This document shows, in pieces, positions 18,257 to 27,948 of a DNA stretch of 52,424 nucleotides. The stretch comes from Thermincola sp. Lineage in GTDB: Bacteria; Bacillota; Thermincolia; Thermincolales; UBA2595. Under the pieces are notes generated by a model. It had not been told where the DNA came from, searched no databases, and saw only the letters and a program-made list of their open reading frames with translations. The first letter of the stretch is position 1; each line of letters starts with the position of its first letter. A program made the position numbers and the translations under genes. The stretch covers positions 1 through 52,424 of the forward strand of contig DYZU01000164.1 of the NCBI GenBank assembly GCA_022735835.1, given 5' to 3'.

Positions 18257-19447
18257 TTATTTCACCTCCAGCAGCCCGGCGACAGTCTGCACATCCTTAT
18301 CGCCGCGCCCTGATAAGTTGATCACAACTAATTTATCCGGGCCCAGTTGAGGAATCAGTTTCAACCCATAGGCAACGGCATGGGAGCTCTCCAGGGCCGG
18401 GATAATTCCTTCCGTACGGCAGAGTACCCGGAAAGCATCAAGGGCTTCGCCGTCCGTAACACTGGTATATTCAACCCTTCCCGATTCCTTCAGGTAACTG
18501 TGTTCCGGCCCCACCCCGGGATAATCCAGGCCGGCTGAAACGGAGTGGGCTTCCAGGATTTGCCCGTCCTCATCCTGCAGAACATAGCTGTAAGCCCCGT
18601 GCAGCACTCCCCGGGAGCCCCTGGTCAGGGTGGCGGCGTGGTACGGGGTGTCCAACCCGTGCCCGGCTGCCTCCACACCTATTAGTTTAACATTTTTATC
18701 CTGCAGAAAGGGATAGAAAATGCCCATGGCATTGCTGCCCCCGCCTACACAGGCAATTATGTAATCAGGAAGCCTTCCTTCCCGTTCCGTTATTTGGCTT
18801 TTTGTCTCTTCCCCGATAACTTTCTGAAAATCACGGACAATCATCGGGTACGGATGAGGTCCGCCGACGGAGCCTAAGACGTAAAAAGTAGTCCTGACAT
18901 TTGTCACCCAGTCACGGATGGCTTCGTTCATCGCATCCTTGAGGGTCCGGCTGCCGGAAGAAACAGGCTCCACCCTTGCTCCCAACAGTTTCATCCGGAA
19001 TACGTTGAGTTCCTGTCTCTTGATATCCTCTTCTCCCATGAAAACAACACATTCCAGGCCGAATATGGCCGCGGCGGTGGCAGTGGCGACACCGTGCTGA
19101 CCGGCGCCGGTTTCGGCGATAACCCGTTTTTTGCCCATTCTTTTGGCCAAAAGGACCTGGCCGATTGTGTTATTGATTTTGTGAGCCCCGGTATGGTTGA
19201 GGTCCTCCCTTTTGAGGTATATCTTGGCCCCCCTGCAGTACTCGGTCAGCCCCCCCGCATAATACAGAAGCGAGGGCCTGCCCACATACTCTTTCAGGTA
19301 CTTGTTGAGTTCATCAACAAAGGCCTTGTCGTTTTTGGCTTCTTCGTAAGCCTCTTCCAGTTCGGCCAAAGCCGGCATAAGGGTTTCCGGTACAAATTTG
19401 CCGCCAAAAACGCCGAAATGCCCTCTTTTATCCGGTAACGCGTACAT
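18257..19447 (-). CDS. trpB: Tryptophan synthase beta chain
   Basis: [12 protein letters not shown]-lysine motif and full-length TrpB resemblance. Confidence 0.95.
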   Translation of the reverse strand: MYALPDKRGHFGVFGGKFVPETLMPALAELEEAYEEAKNDKAFVDELNKYLKEYVGRPSLLYYAGGLTEYCRGAKIYLKREDLNHTGAHKINNTIGQVLLAKRMGKKRVIAETGAGQHGVATATAAAIFGLECVVFMGEEDIKRQELNVFRMKLLGARVEPVSSGSRTLKDAMNEAIRDWVTNVRTTFYVLGSVGGPHPYPMIVRDFQKVIGEETKSQITEREGRLPDYIIACVGGGSNAMGIFYPFLQDKNVKLIGVEAAGHGLDTPYHAATLTRGSRGVLHGAYSYVLQDEDGQILEAHSVSAGLDYPGVGPEHSYLKESGRVEYTSVTDGEALDAFRVLCRTEGIIPALESSHAVAYGLKLIPQLGPDKLVVINLSGRGDKDVQTVAGLLEVK

Positions 19448-20057
19448 CTTCTCTCCCCCTTACCTGACTTATAAAAGCTGCGATTTTTACCAGGTCTTTC
19501 ACTCCCCCTGTTTCCACCCCGCTGCTTACGTCAACACCGTAAGGCTGCGCCGTCGTTACGGCCATTCTCACATTGCCGGGGGTCAGCCCGCCGGCCAGGA
19601 TGATTTTTCCTAATTCCGCAGCTTTCCGGGCCAGGGACCAGTCAAACGTTTTCCCGGTACCACCGGGTAAACCCGGGACGTAAGTATCCAGCAGAAACAT
19701 TTCCACACTGTCCATATAAGTCCTCATCTCTGGCAGGAAATCAATGTCCCTGACCCGGAACCCTTTAATAACCGGGCAGGATATTTGCCGGCAGTCCTCA
19801 GGTGTTTCCCGGCCGTGCAGCTGGACAAGATCAAGGCCGCAAAAAGAAACTATATCATTTATTTCCCCGGGAGTTTGGTCAACAAATACACCGACTTTAC
19901 GCACTGCCGGGGGCAGTTCCCGGATGATCGCCAAAGCCTGTTCCGGGGTAATCCTCCTGGGGCTCTCCGCAAATACAAAGCCCAGGAAATCAGCTCCCAG
20001 TTCGGCGGCTTTCACCGCATGTTCGATTTCTTTCAGACCACAGATTTTTATAATCAT
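19428..20057 (-). CDS. trpF: Phosphoribosylanthranilate isomerase
   Basis: MIIKICGL start and LHG motif. Position between trpC and trpB. Confidence 0.9.
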   Translation of the reverse strand: MIIKICGLKEIEHAVKAAELGADFLGFVFAESPRRITPEQALAIIRELPPAVRKVGVFVDQTPGEINDIVSFCGLDLVQLHGRETPEDCRQISCPVIKGFRVRDIDFLPEMRTYMDSVEMFLLDTYVPGLPGGTGKTFDWSLARKAAELGKIILAGGLTPGNVRMAVTTAQPYGVDVSSGVETGGVKDLVKIAAFISQVRGREDVRVTG

Positions 20058-20869
20058 AAGGCCAGCTCCCGCGGCAAACCCGGTTCCGAACCTTCTTTTC
20101 CCAGCAATGCCAGTATCTTTTTCCTGATATCCTGCTCTCTCATCAGGGCTTCACCCACCAGCATGGCGTGAACATCGTGGTCTCTCAGCTTTATTACATC
20201 TTCTCTTGTATTGATACCGCTTTCACTGACTACAGTAACGGCCGGATCTGCAATCATTCCCCGCAGCTTAAAAGTTGTGGAAAGGTCTGTCTGAAATGTC
20301 TTCAGATTCCTGTTATTGATCCCGATAATGCGGGTTCCCATTGACAACGCCCGTTTCAGCTCTTCCGGTGTATGCACTTCCACCAGGCATTCCATTCCCA
20401 GTGCCAGAGCCGTCTTCTGTAACTCTCCCGCTTGTCGGTCGGAGAGGATGGCCATAATCAGCAATACCGCATCCGCTCCCCAGATTTTGGCCTCATAAAT
20501 CTGGTATGTATCGATGACAAAATCCTTGCGCAGCAAAGGTATATCCGTTATACTCCTGGCCTTTTCGAGATACTTGGGGCTGCCCTGAAAAAATTTTTCG
20601 TCTGTCAGTACGGAAATTGCCGCGGCACCGGCCGAAGAATAAATCCGGGCGATTTCCTGCGGGTCAAAGTCCTCCCGGATCAGCCCCTTGGAAGGAGAGG
20701 CTTTTTTAATCTCGGCAATCAGGGCCACTTGACCGGGTTTTCTCAGCGCGGCTGAGAAGGACCTGGTTTTTGTGCGGTCACACTTTTCCTGCAGGCTTTC
20801 AATCGGAACAGCCAGTTTTTTCTCCTCTATTTCTTTTTTCTTATGGGCCACAATACTGTCCAGAATCAC
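20054..20869 (-). CDS. trpC: Indole-3-glycerol phosphate synthase
   Basis: IAEIKKASPSKG motif. GGAGG lies 7 nt upstream of the GTG at 20869 (ILDSIVAHKKKEI), which is preferred over the ATG at 20914. Confidence 0.9.
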   Translation of the reverse strand: MILDSIVAHKKKEIEEKKLAVPIESLQEKCDRTKTRSFSAALRKPGQVALIAEIKKASPSKGLIREDFDPQEIARIYSSAGAAAISVLTDEKFFQGSPKYLEKARSITDIPLLRKDFVIDTYQIYEAKIWGADAVLLIMAILSDRQAGELQKTALALGMECLVEVHTPEELKRALSMGTRIIGINNRNLKTFQTDLSTTFKLRGMIADPAVTVVSESGINTREDVIKLRDHDVHAMLVGEALMREQDIRKKILALLGKEGSEPGLPRELAL

Positions 20870-20938
20870 CGCCACGCCTCCATCCACTTTACACTTGCCG
20901 CATTTAGCCGGCAAGCGTATTTGAACTGCTGTTTCCGG

Positions 20939-21976
20939 TTAACCTACTTTAGCTTCCGGTTCAGCAAATTTTTGGGTAAACTCAACCAGTTCATCCAGTT
21001 TTCTAACGGCCGCCCCCGAATCAGTAACCGAAGCTGCCTTTTCAAGGCCCTCTTCCACGGTCTTGACCAGGCCCGAGGCCAGAAGGGCAACTGCCGCGTT
21101 GAGCAGGACAATGTCTCTCCTGGGGCCTTTTTCCCCTTCCAGGATGCTTCTTGTAATGGCCGCGTTTTCTTCCGCAGTCCCGCCCTTGATCCGCTCCAAT
21201 CCGGCATATTCGATGCCGTAATTCTTGGGGTCAAGGTAGTAAGTAATCACTCTTCCGTCTCTTACCTCGCTCACCTTGGTCGGGCCTGAAATGGAGACTT
21301 CATCAAGGCCGCCGTCGCCGTGCACAACAAAGGCGGACTCGGTACCCAGGTTAGCCAGTACCCCGGCCATCACCTCTGTCAGGTTCGGGTCATATACTCC
21401 GAGAATCTGGCGCTGGGCCCCGGCCGGGTTCGTCAGGGGCCCCAGGATATTAAAGACTGTCCGGATACCGATTTCTCTCCGCGGCCCGATAGCATATTTC
21501 ATGGCGCCGTGCAGGGCCGGGGCAAAAAGGAAACCGATCCCCACTTTATCTATACATTTTCCCACCTGCTCAGGGGTAAGGTTAATGTTGACACCCAGCG
21601 CCTCCAGGACATCTGCGCTGCCGCTGCGGCTGGAAACTGAGCGGTTCCCGTGTTTCGCCACCGGAACCCCCGCAGCCGCCACCACAAATGCCACTGTCGT
21701 GGAAACATTAAAGGTATGGGAGCCGTCGCCGCCGGTACCGCAGGTGTCCAGCAGCAGCGGGTGCCCCGTTTTTACCGGGGTGGCTTTTTGCCTCATAACT
21801 TTGGCAAATCCGGTGATTTCGTCTACCGTTTCCCCCTTAATCCTAAGGGCCGTGATCAGTGACGCAATCTGCGCGTCCGTGGCTTTCCCGCTCATGATGT
21901 CATCCATCAATGATACCGCCTCGTCCTGGGTCAGGTGCTGACCGCTGACTACCTTGTTGATCGCCTCTTTAATCAT
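20939..21976 (-). CDS. trpD: Anthranilate phosphoribosyltransferase
   Basis: DTCGTGGDG and KHGNRS motifs. Confidence 0.93.
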   Translation of the reverse strand: MIKEAINKVVSGQHLTQDEAVSLMDDIMSGKATDAQIASLITALRIKGETVDEITGFAKVMRQKATPVKTGHPLLLDTCGTGGDGSHTFNVSTTVAFVVAAAGVPVAKHGNRSVSSRSGSADVLEALGVNINLTPEQVGKCIDKVGIGFLFAPALHGAMKYAIGPRREIGIRTVFNILGPLTNPAGAQRQILGVYDPNLTEVMAGVLANLGTESAFVVHGDGGLDEVSISGPTKVSEVRDGRVITYYLDPKNYGIEYAGLERIKGGTAEENAAITRSILEGEKGPRRDIVLLNAAVALLASGLVKTVEEGLEKAASVTDSGAAVRKLDELVEFTQKFAEPEAKVG

Positions 21977-22013
21977 CTCTGCTCTCCTCCTCTAAGCTAT
22001 TCTTTCCACTCTT

Positions 22014-22577
22014 TTACAACTTAAGGAAATTCTTTAACAGCTTTTTGCCGTGTTCAGTAAGAATTGACTCCGGGTGAAACTGCACTCCCTCGACAACATA
22101 CTCTTTGTGACGCAGCCCCATAATTTCACCCTTGTCTGTCCATGCGGTAATCTCCAGGCAATCCGGCAGGGAATCCCGTTCCACAATCAGGGAGTGGTAC
22201 CTGGTGGCAGTGAACGGTGAAGGAAGGTCTGCAAAAATGGTCTTGCCGTCATGGTAGATAAGGGAAGTCTTGCCGTGCATAAGATTTTCCGCCCTGACCA
22301 CCTTCCCCCCGTATGCCTGACCGATGGACTGGTGTCCGAGGCAAACCCCCAGGATCGGTATCTTGCCGCCCAGTTTTTCAATCAGTTCCAGGGAAATTCC
22401 CGCTTCGTTGGGGCTGCAGGGACCGGGAGAAATCACGATATGGTCGGGAGCCATTTGTTCAATCTCCTCCACGGTGATTTTGTCATTCCGGTAAACCCTG
22501 ATCTCTTCTCCCAATTCGCCCAGGTACTGGACCAGGTTAAAGGTAAATGAATCATAGTTGTCAATCATTAAAATCAT
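22014..22577 (-). CDS. trpG: Anthranilate synthase component II (glutamine amidotransferase)
   Basis: GVCLGHQ catalytic Cys and the HPES His/Glu motif. 187 aa. Confidence 0.9.
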   Translation of the reverse strand: MILMIDNYDSFTFNLVQYLGELGEEIRVYRNDKITVEEIEQMAPDHIVISPGPCSPNEAGISLELIEKLGGKIPILGVCLGHQSIGQAYGGKVVRAENLMHGKTSLIYHDGKTIFADLPSPFTATRYHSLIVERDSLPDCLEITAWTDKGEIMGLRHKEYVVEGVQFHPESILTEHGKKLLKNFLKL

Positions 22578-24043
22578 TATCCGACCTCCTTAAGCATAAG
22601 GGTCTCCAACAGTGCCTTGGCCTTGTTGATAGTTTCGTCATACTCCCTTTCCGGCTGGGAATCGGCTACAATCCCGGCCCCGGCCTGCACATAAGTCATT
22701 CCCTCATGAACAAGGATAGTGCGAATCGTGATACAGGTGTCCATATTGCCGGTAAACCCGAAATACCCGATGGCGCCGGCATAAACACCTCTCCTGGTGG
22801 GCTCCAGTTCCTCTATGATTTCCATCGCCCTTACTTTTGGCGCCCCGGAAACCGTTCCCGCGGGAAAACACGCCCTGAGAGCGTCAAAACTTGTTTGACC
22901 CGGTTTTAGCCGGCCGGTAACCGTGGAGACGATGTGCATGACATGGGAGTATCGCTCTATCTCCATAAAGCCGTTTATTTCTATACTACCATAAGCACAG
23001 ACCCTTCCCAAGTCATTTCTTCCAAGGTCCACAAGCATGACATGTTCGGCCTTCTCCTTCTCGTCCGCCAGAAGTTCCTTTGCCAGGGCCAGGTCCTCTG
23101 CGGGCGTCCTGCCTCGCGGCCTCGTACCGGCTATCGGGCAGGTTTGGATTATACCGTCTTCCACCCTGACCAGCATTTCCGGAGAAGAACCGATTATTAC
23201 CGTTCCGCCAAAATTGAGATAATAGAGATAGGGAGCGGGATTAACCGTCCGCAGGGTCCTGTAAATATCGAACGGATCGCCCTGGAGGGGCATTTTCAGG
23301 CGCTGGGAGAGCACTACCTGGAATATGTCGCCTGCTCTTATGTATTCTTTTGCTTTCTCGACTTTATTAATAAATTCCTCTTTGGGCATATTGGAAACAA
23401 AGGCAGCTGGACCAACCACCCGGGAAGGTCCGTTGACAGCAGGTTGGGGTTCATTTATCAGTTTTATCACGGCATTAATGCGGTTTAAAGCATCGTAATA
23501 GGATATTGTCGGGTCACTGCCCGGTTGGGTGTTCACCACTATTTTGACCTTGTGCCTGACGTGGTCGAAGACCAAAACCAACTTTGTCAGAATAAAATGG
23601 CAGTCCGGCAGGTTCAGGTCATCTGTCGTCCGGTTGGGCAACTCTTCAATATACCTGACCAGGTCATACCCGAAATAGCCGACAGCCCCGCCGTAAAAGC
23701 GGGGAAGGCCGTCCAGTTTAGGGGCCCGGTACTGATCCATGATCCCCTCTAAAATACCCAGCGGCTCACCTGTTATTTTTTGTTGTCCGTCCTTGTTTTC
23801 AATCGTACCTGTGCCGTGGGTGCAGTAGTACCTTAAAAAAGGTTCCAGGCCGATAAATGAATACCTGGCAAGGTTTTCCCCGCCCTCCACGCTTTCCAGA
23901 AGGTACGTGTACTCTTCTTGGCATACCTTTTTAAATATTGAGATAGGAGTATCCATATCCGCCAGCAGTTCCGTGTAAACCGGGACCATGTTGTAACTCC
24001 TGCTTAAAGTCAGGTATTCCTCGAGACTCGGGTAAAACATCAT
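22577..24043 (-). CDS. trpE: Anthranilate synthase component I
   Basis: Chorismate-binding family motifs ([21 protein letters not shown]). The start is moved to ATG 24043 because 24044-24115 of the ORF contains the attenuator terminator and U-tract. Confidence 0.9.
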   Translation of the reverse strand: MMFYPSLEEYLTLSRSYNMVPVYTELLADMDTPISIFKKVCQEEYTYLLESVEGGENLARYSFIGLEPFLRYYCTHGTGTIENKDGQQKITGEPLGILEGIMDQYRAPKLDGLPRFYGGAVGYFGYDLVRYIEELPNRTTDDLNLPDCHFILTKLVLVFDHVRHKVKIVVNTQPGSDPTISYYDALNRINAVIKLINEPQPAVNGPSRVVGPAAFVSNMPKEEFINKVEKAKEYIRAGDIFQVVLSQRLKMPLQGDPFDIYRTLRTVNPAPYLYYLNFGGTVIIGSSPEMLVRVEDGIIQTCPIAGTRPRGRTPAEDLALAKELLADEKEKAEHVMLVDLGRNDLGRVCAYGSIEINGFMEIERYSHVMHIVSTVTGRLKPGQTSFDALRACFPAGTVSGAPKVRAMEIIEELEPTRRGVYAGAIGYFGFTGNMDTCITIRTILVHEGMTYVQAGAGIVADSQPEREYDETINKAKALLETLMLKEVG

Positions 24044-24070
24044 CTTCCCCTGCCTTCCGAAATTTGTGCT

Positions 24071-24107
24071 AAAAAACAAAAAACCAGCACTCAAATGAGT
24101 ACCGGTT
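24071..24107 (-). terminator. trp leader attenuator terminator
   Basis: Minus strand: AACCGGUAC-ucauuuga-GUGCUGGUU (9 bp, two G-U pairs) followed by UUUUUGUUUUUU. It ends 27 nt before the trpE ATG. Confidence 0.8.
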
Positions 24108-24130
24108 ATTTCCATTATTAACCAGTTAAA

Positions 24131-24188
24131 CTCATCTCAGCTCCGCTCCGCTCATCTCGTCTCAACTATACTCTTCTCAGCTATACTC
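24131..24188 (-). promoter_or_regulatory. TRAP-type RNA-binding array: 12 (G/U)AG triplets, each separated by exactly 2 nt
   Basis: The plus strand reads CTC/CTA at every fifth base across twelve consecutive pentamers (24131, 24136 ... 24186). On the minus strand this gives 10 GAG and 2 UAG. Confidence 0.8.
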
Positions 24189-24242
24189 TCCGGTCTGAAT
24201 CTGTCAAACTAAACTCATCAACCTCAACCAACTATTGTATAC

Positions 24243-24272
24243 AATATATCATATGCCAAACCGCCCTGTCAA
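24243..24272 (-). promoter_or_regulatory. Candidate sigma-A promoter of the trp operon leader
   Basis: Minus strand: TTGACA (24272-24267), an 18-nt spacer, then TGa-TATATT (-10 at 24248-24243). It lies directly after the aroH stop codon. Confidence 0.6.
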
Positions 24273-24285
24273 CAGGTTCTTTGAT

Positions 24286-24660
24286 TTATTTACCGGCCAG
24301 GTCGGGCCTGAGCACGGCGGCTTCCCCCAGGTACTGGTGCTTTATCTGGTCCTGGGTCTTGGTGGTATTCACATGCATCAGCACCCTGATCAGTTTGGGC
24401 ATACTTCCCGGAACATCGATTTCCCTGGCACACAGCAGCGGTACCAGGTTCCAGCCCAGTTCCCTGGCGGCAGTTGCCGGAAAATCAGCATTCAGGTCAG
24501 GTGTGGTCGTAAAGAAGATACTGGCAATATCTTCTGTCCTGATTTCATTTACTTCTACTATGGCCTTTAAAAGCTCCGCGGTAGCGCGGCAGATGTCTTC
24601 CGCAGTGTTGCCCTGTGCCTTGATAGCTCCTCTGATTCCGCGAACTGTTTTCTCTCCCAT
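24286..24660 (-). CDS. aroH: Chorismate mutase, AroH class
   Basis: RGIRGA start, TTTPDL..FPA and LRPDL motifs shared with B. subtilis AroH. AGGAAGG lies 8 nt upstream of the ATG at 24660, giving 124 aa. Confidence 0.85.
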   Translation of the reverse strand: MGEKTVRGIRGAIKAQGNTAEDICRATAELLKAIVEVNEIRTEDIASIFFTTTPDLNADFPATAARELGWNLVPLLCAREIDVPGSMPKLIRVLMHVNTTKTQDQIKHQYLGEAAVLRPDLAGK

Positions 24661-24692
24661 AACACCATCCTTCCTTTCTGCGATCCCTGTCA

Positions 24693-25112
24693 CTATGGTA
24701 CGGCCCTGTGTCCAAGACCTATGGCTACCTCATCCAGATGAAGCAATCCTATCCCGAAAAAGACCGCTACGGTAATGTGATCGCTTTGCCGGGCGATGCC
24801 GATTTTCCCTCCCACATTAAGTCCGAGGGCCTTCGGCATTACCTGGGACAACGCCTCCCGGGTGGCTCCGGCCACCGCTCCTTCGTCGGCATGGGTATCC
24901 TTTATCACACCTTCTCTTTTTGCGGCCACAACAGCCCGTTCCACTATCTTTTTTACAGAGGTGATGAACTCGCCGCCGTAATCAACGGCTGCAGTTTTAA
25001 TGCCTTCCTGGGCATAACTTTTCTGGAGAAGCTTTTCTTCTTCCCGGCTCTCCGTTAAGGCCATTTTAATGGCAACCGCAGCTGTTTTACGGCTACCAAC
25101 ATGATTTGACAA
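24693..25112 (-). CDS. HutP-family RNA-binding protein (not linked to hut genes)
   Basis: 139 aa. Colinear resemblance to B. subtilis HutP, including the C-terminal [23 protein letters not shown] segment versus IAVSLYGTIGAPIKGLEHETFGVGINH. TTG start with GAGAGAGGTG 7 nt upstream. Confidence 0.7.
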   Translation of the reverse strand: MSNHVGSRKTAAVAIKMALTESREEEKLLQKSYAQEGIKTAAVDYGGEFITSVKKIVERAVVAAKREGVIKDTHADEGAVAGATREALSQVMPKALGLNVGGKIGIARQSDHITVAVFFGIGLLHLDEVAIGLGHRAVP

Positions 25113-25133
25113 TGGTATACACCTCTCTCAATC

Positions 25134-25161
25134 AAAAAAACACTCCGGCCGGAGTGTTTTT
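25134..25161 (-). terminator. Bidirectional-type terminator between the flavoprotein gene and the hutP-like gene
   Basis: Perfect palindrome ACACTCCGGCCGGAGTGT flanked by A7 and T5. It ends only ~22 nt from the hutP-like start codon. Confidence 0.7.
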
Positions 25162-25222
25162 ATCCCTGCACCGTCCTGCCTTCCTGCCATCATATTCAAA
25201 TATTATTATAATATATGCCCGG

Positions 25223-26482
25223 CTAAAAATCAACAAAGCGGTTACATGCAGCGGTTGCCGCACTTTTTCCGGCCACATAGCCCATACTGAAAGCGGCCTG
25301 CAGGTTAAACCCGCCGGTGAACCCGTCCACATCCACAACCTCTCCGGCCAGGTGCAGCCCTTTCACTATTTTCGACTCCATGGTTTGAGGGTTGATTTCT
25401 TTGACCGAGACCCCGCCGGCCGTGACAATGGCTTCTTTTAAAGGTCTGAGCCTGGTAACGGTAACGGTCAGCTCCCTTATTAAATTCACCAGCCCCAGCC
25501 GCTCCTCTTTGGTGACCTGGTGAACCGGCTTTTCCCCCGGAATGCCTGACAAACGGACGATAACCGGAATCAGTGATCTGGGCAAGAGGTCATTTAAGGA
25601 GTTCCGGAACCGCTTTTTCACATACCTGGCAAAATCCCTCAGAACTCTTGCATCCAGCTGTTCGCTTGATAGAGCCGGTTTGAGATTTATCTTTAATGAA
25701 ACCTGTTTGCCCTCTTGCAGCAACCCTGCTATTGACCTGCTGATTGTAAGGATAATGGGCCCGGAGACGCCAAAATGGGTGAAAAGCATCTCCCCGAATT
25801 CCCGGGCCACTTTCCTGTCCTGATGGCAAGCAGTTGCCTCCACATTTTTCAGGGTAAGCCCCTGCAAATCCCTGACCCATTCCTCGGCGGTCTCCAGAGG
25901 AACAAGGGCAGGCTTCAGCGGAGTGACGGTATGGCCCAGTTGCCCGGCCATGCGGTAACCGTCTCCCGTAGAGCCGGTGCCGGGGTAGGAAGAACCGCCG
26001 GTGGCCAGAATTACCGTCCCGCCCTGGTATTCCCTGCCGTCTTTCAGCCTTACTCCCGCGACCCATCCGTCCTCTGTCAGGATCTCCTCCACGGGAGCCG
26101 AATATATGAACTCCACTCCGTTAGTACGGCAGAAATTCACCAGGGTGTCAACCACGTCTCTTGACCTGTCCGAAACGGGAAACACGCGCCCGCCCCGTTC
26201 AACTTTGGTCGGAAGACCCAGGCCGTTAAAAAACCGTATCAAGTCATTATTACCGAATTGGTTCAGGGCGCTGTACAGGAACTGCCCGTTGCCCGGTATT
26301 TGTTTAATGAATTCCGGGAGCTCAGCCGTATTCGTGATATTGCAGCGCCCCTTTCCGGTAATAAGGAGCTTTTTTCCGGGAAGTTTGTTTTTTTCCAGTA
26401 CCGTTACCTCTGCCCCGGCGGCCGCCGCATGTCCTGCCGCCATCAGCCCGGCCGCCCCCGCTCCGATAACTATGACTTTCAT
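25223..26482 (-). CDS. NAD(P)/FAD-dependent oxidoreductase, HI0933/BaiN/YhiN family
   Basis: N-terminal VIVIGAGAAGLMAA dinucleotide motif and a 419-aa family-typical layout. Confidence 0.8.
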   Translation of the reverse strand: MKVIVIGAGAAGLMAAGHAAAAGAEVTVLEKNKLPGKKLLITGKGRCNITNTAELPEFIKQIPGNGQFLYSALNQFGNNDLIRFFNGLGLPTKVERGGRVFPVSDRSRDVVDTLVNFCRTNGVEFIYSAPVEEILTEDGWVAGVRLKDGREYQGGTVILATGGSSYPGTGSTGDGYRMAGQLGHTVTPLKPALVPLETAEEWVRDLQGLTLKNVEATACHQDRKVAREFGEMLFTHFGVSGPIILTISRSIAGLLQEGKQVSLKINLKPALSSEQLDARVLRDFARYVKKRFRNSLNDLLPRSLIPVIVRLSGIPGEKPVHQVTKEERLGLVNLIRELTVTVTRLRPLKEAIVTAGGVSVKEINPQTMESKIVKGLHLAGEVVDVDGFTGGFNLQAAFSMGYVAGKSAATAACNRFVDF

Positions 26483-26512
26483 GTTGCATCACCCTGTAAA
26501 TCAGTGGCGAGA

Positions 26513-27208
26513 CTAAATCAACCACTTAACCAGATACGGTGCAATGAGCGACGTTACCAACCCGGTCAGCACTATGGCAGCGCCGCTCATTGACCCTTCT
26601 GTTTCCCCCAGCTGAACTGCCCTGGAGGTTCCGCCGGCATGTGAAGCCGTTCCTATACCGATTCCCACGGCAATCCTGCTCCTGACCCCGGCCAGTCTCA
26701 TTACCTCAGCGCCTATTACCCCTCCGAATATTCCCGTTACGGCGACAGAGAGGACAATAAGTTTATCATTTCCCCCGAGGATTTCCGTTATTCCCAAAGC
26801 AATGGGCATAGTTGTTGATTTGGCGGCTATCGACAACAGCGTTTCCCTGCTCGCCCCCAGGATCCTGGCCAGGATAACGGTACTTACGATGGCCGTAACG
26901 CTCCCGGTTACCACGCCTGTAATGATGGACTTAAGATTGGCTTTAATGGCGGGAACCTGCTTGTAGAGGGGTACCCCCAGGGCCACTGTGGCAGGGCCCA
27001 GCAGGAAGGTAATCATATTCCCTCCCTTTGAGTAGGTTTCATAATCCACTCCGGCATACCGTAATATGTAGATAAGTATAACTGTAGCCAGAAGCAGGGG
27101 ATTAAACAGGAAAATATGAAACCTCCTGTACAGCCGGTTTACGAGCACATAGACCACAAGAGTCACTGTCACCTGGAAAAGCGGTTCTTTAAGAAGGCTG
27201 TTTAGCAT
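26513..27208 (-). CDS. lrgB: LrgB/CidB family membrane protein
   Basis: 231-aa polytopic ORF that overlaps the upstream lrgA-like gene by 20 nt. Confidence 0.8.
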   Translation of the reverse strand: MLNSLLKEPLFQVTVTLVVYVLVNRLYRRFHIFLFNPLLLATVILIYILRYAGVDYETYSKGGNMITFLLGPATVALGVPLYKQVPAIKANLKSIITGVVTGSVTAIVSTVILARILGASRETLLSIAAKSTTMPIALGITEILGGNDKLIVLSVAVTGIFGGVIGAEVMRLAGVRSRIAVGIGIGTASHAGGTSRAVQLGETEGSMSGAAIVLTGLVTSLIAPYLVKWLI

Positions 27209-27608
27209 TCCCGCGCCCCCTTTCCACCATTTCCACTGCCTTGGCCGTCACCACCATTACGATGACTGTGCTGGCCAGCAGGCTGATGATGATAGCCAGC
27301 AGCTCCTGTTTGAGCCTGGGTAAAATTGTGACCAGTCCTACATTAAGGGGAAGGAACAGAACCATCATGTTATCCAGCAGAAGCCTGGCGGCCCCTTCTA
27401 CCTGCTCAAGTCTGACAATCCTCAAGAGTAAAGCCAGAAACAGGAGAAGCAGGCCTGTCAGATTGCCGGGAAGAATCAGTTTAAAGTGATTGGTCAGAAA
27501 CGTGCCAATGCTTTGCATAAGCAGGAGAATTACAAATCCTTCAAGTATTACTATTTCTTTTTTCCCGGGGAGTTTAGCCATTTTCTTTTTATTGAACAAC
27601 GCCGTCAC
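27189..27608 (-). CDS. lrgA: CidA/LrgA family holin-like protein
   Basis: Small four-TM protein upstream of lrgB. The true start may be the internal ATG at 27581. Confidence 0.7.
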   Translation of the reverse strand: MTALFNKKKMAKLPGKKEIVILEGFVILLLMQSIGTFLTNHFKLILPGNLTGLLLLFLALLLRIVRLEQVEGAARLLLDNMMVLFLPLNVGLVTILPRLKQELLAIIISLLASTVIVMVVTAKAVEMVERGRGNAKQPS

Positions 27609-27914
27609 ATCTGCGAGTCCAATAAGTCCTCCTCTCTTGTTTTATATCTTTATCATTTTTCTAGTTGGCGGGGGAAATTCCTGCAAATTGTGCAATGTTC
27701 CGGCAGCCTGGGAGCAGATAAGCATACCAGTGTCATTTTTCAACATATGCCGGTGTAAAACATTCTGCAACCCCGGCTTAAAATTGATTAATAGGCAAAT
27801 TTTTTCTAGCATTAAGGGCAGGAAAAATAAGTTGGCTTACGAATAGAACAATTAAAAAGATATTTGAATATGTTTCGTCCTGAGGAACTTAAGTCCGGAG
27901 ACATCGGTAAGTCC

Positions 27915-27948
27915 AGAGGCCAGCATTTTATGCTGGCCTCTCTGTTTT
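27915..27948 (+). terminator. Leader hairpin/terminator immediately upstream of the ChlI-like gene
   Basis: Perfect 11-bp stem AGAGGCCAGCA-tttta-TGCTGGCCTCT followed by CTGTTTTGG. There is no plus-strand gene upstream for it to terminate. Confidence 0.6.

Noticed and set aside
24044-24115. N-terminal 24 codons of the trpE ORF as given in the ORF track (MEITGTHLSAGFLFFSTNFGRQGK).
   Set aside because: This stretch is the terminator stem and U-tract read as codons. An SD-like GGAAGG/GGGGAA precedes the ATG at 24043, and TrpE similarity starts there.
24131-24188. The adjacent HutP-like protein might be the binder of the 12-triplet trp leader array.
   Set aside because: The spacers here are uniformly 2 nt (5-nt period), which is the TRAP rule. 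HutP recognises triplets separated by 4 nt. The idea is kept only as a fallback if the genome lacks mtrB.
24203-24208. A second TTGACA inside the trp leader as an alternative promoter.
   Set aside because: The best -10 partner (TATAGC) is weak. Initiation there would also remove the first triplets of the array. The upstream TTGACA-N18-TATATT is a much better match.
25166-25222. NAG repeats upstream of the hutP-like gene (CAG-gaagg-CAG-gacggtg-CAG) as an autoregulatory site.
   Set aside because: The spacings are 5 and 7 nt, with no consistent 7-nt period, and there are only three triplets. This is indistinguishable from chance.
27891-27903. AAGTCCGGAGAC resembles the B12 box (AGYCMGGAGAC) of cobalamin riboswitches. 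That would fit upstream of a chelatase-like gene.
   Set aside because: The ~150 nt upstream is AT-rich and lacks the other conserved cobalamin-riboswitch cores that I can recall (GGGAA, GGUG..AA.UCC, GC.G..CCCGC). A single 11-nt match is not enough. An Rfam scan would settle it.
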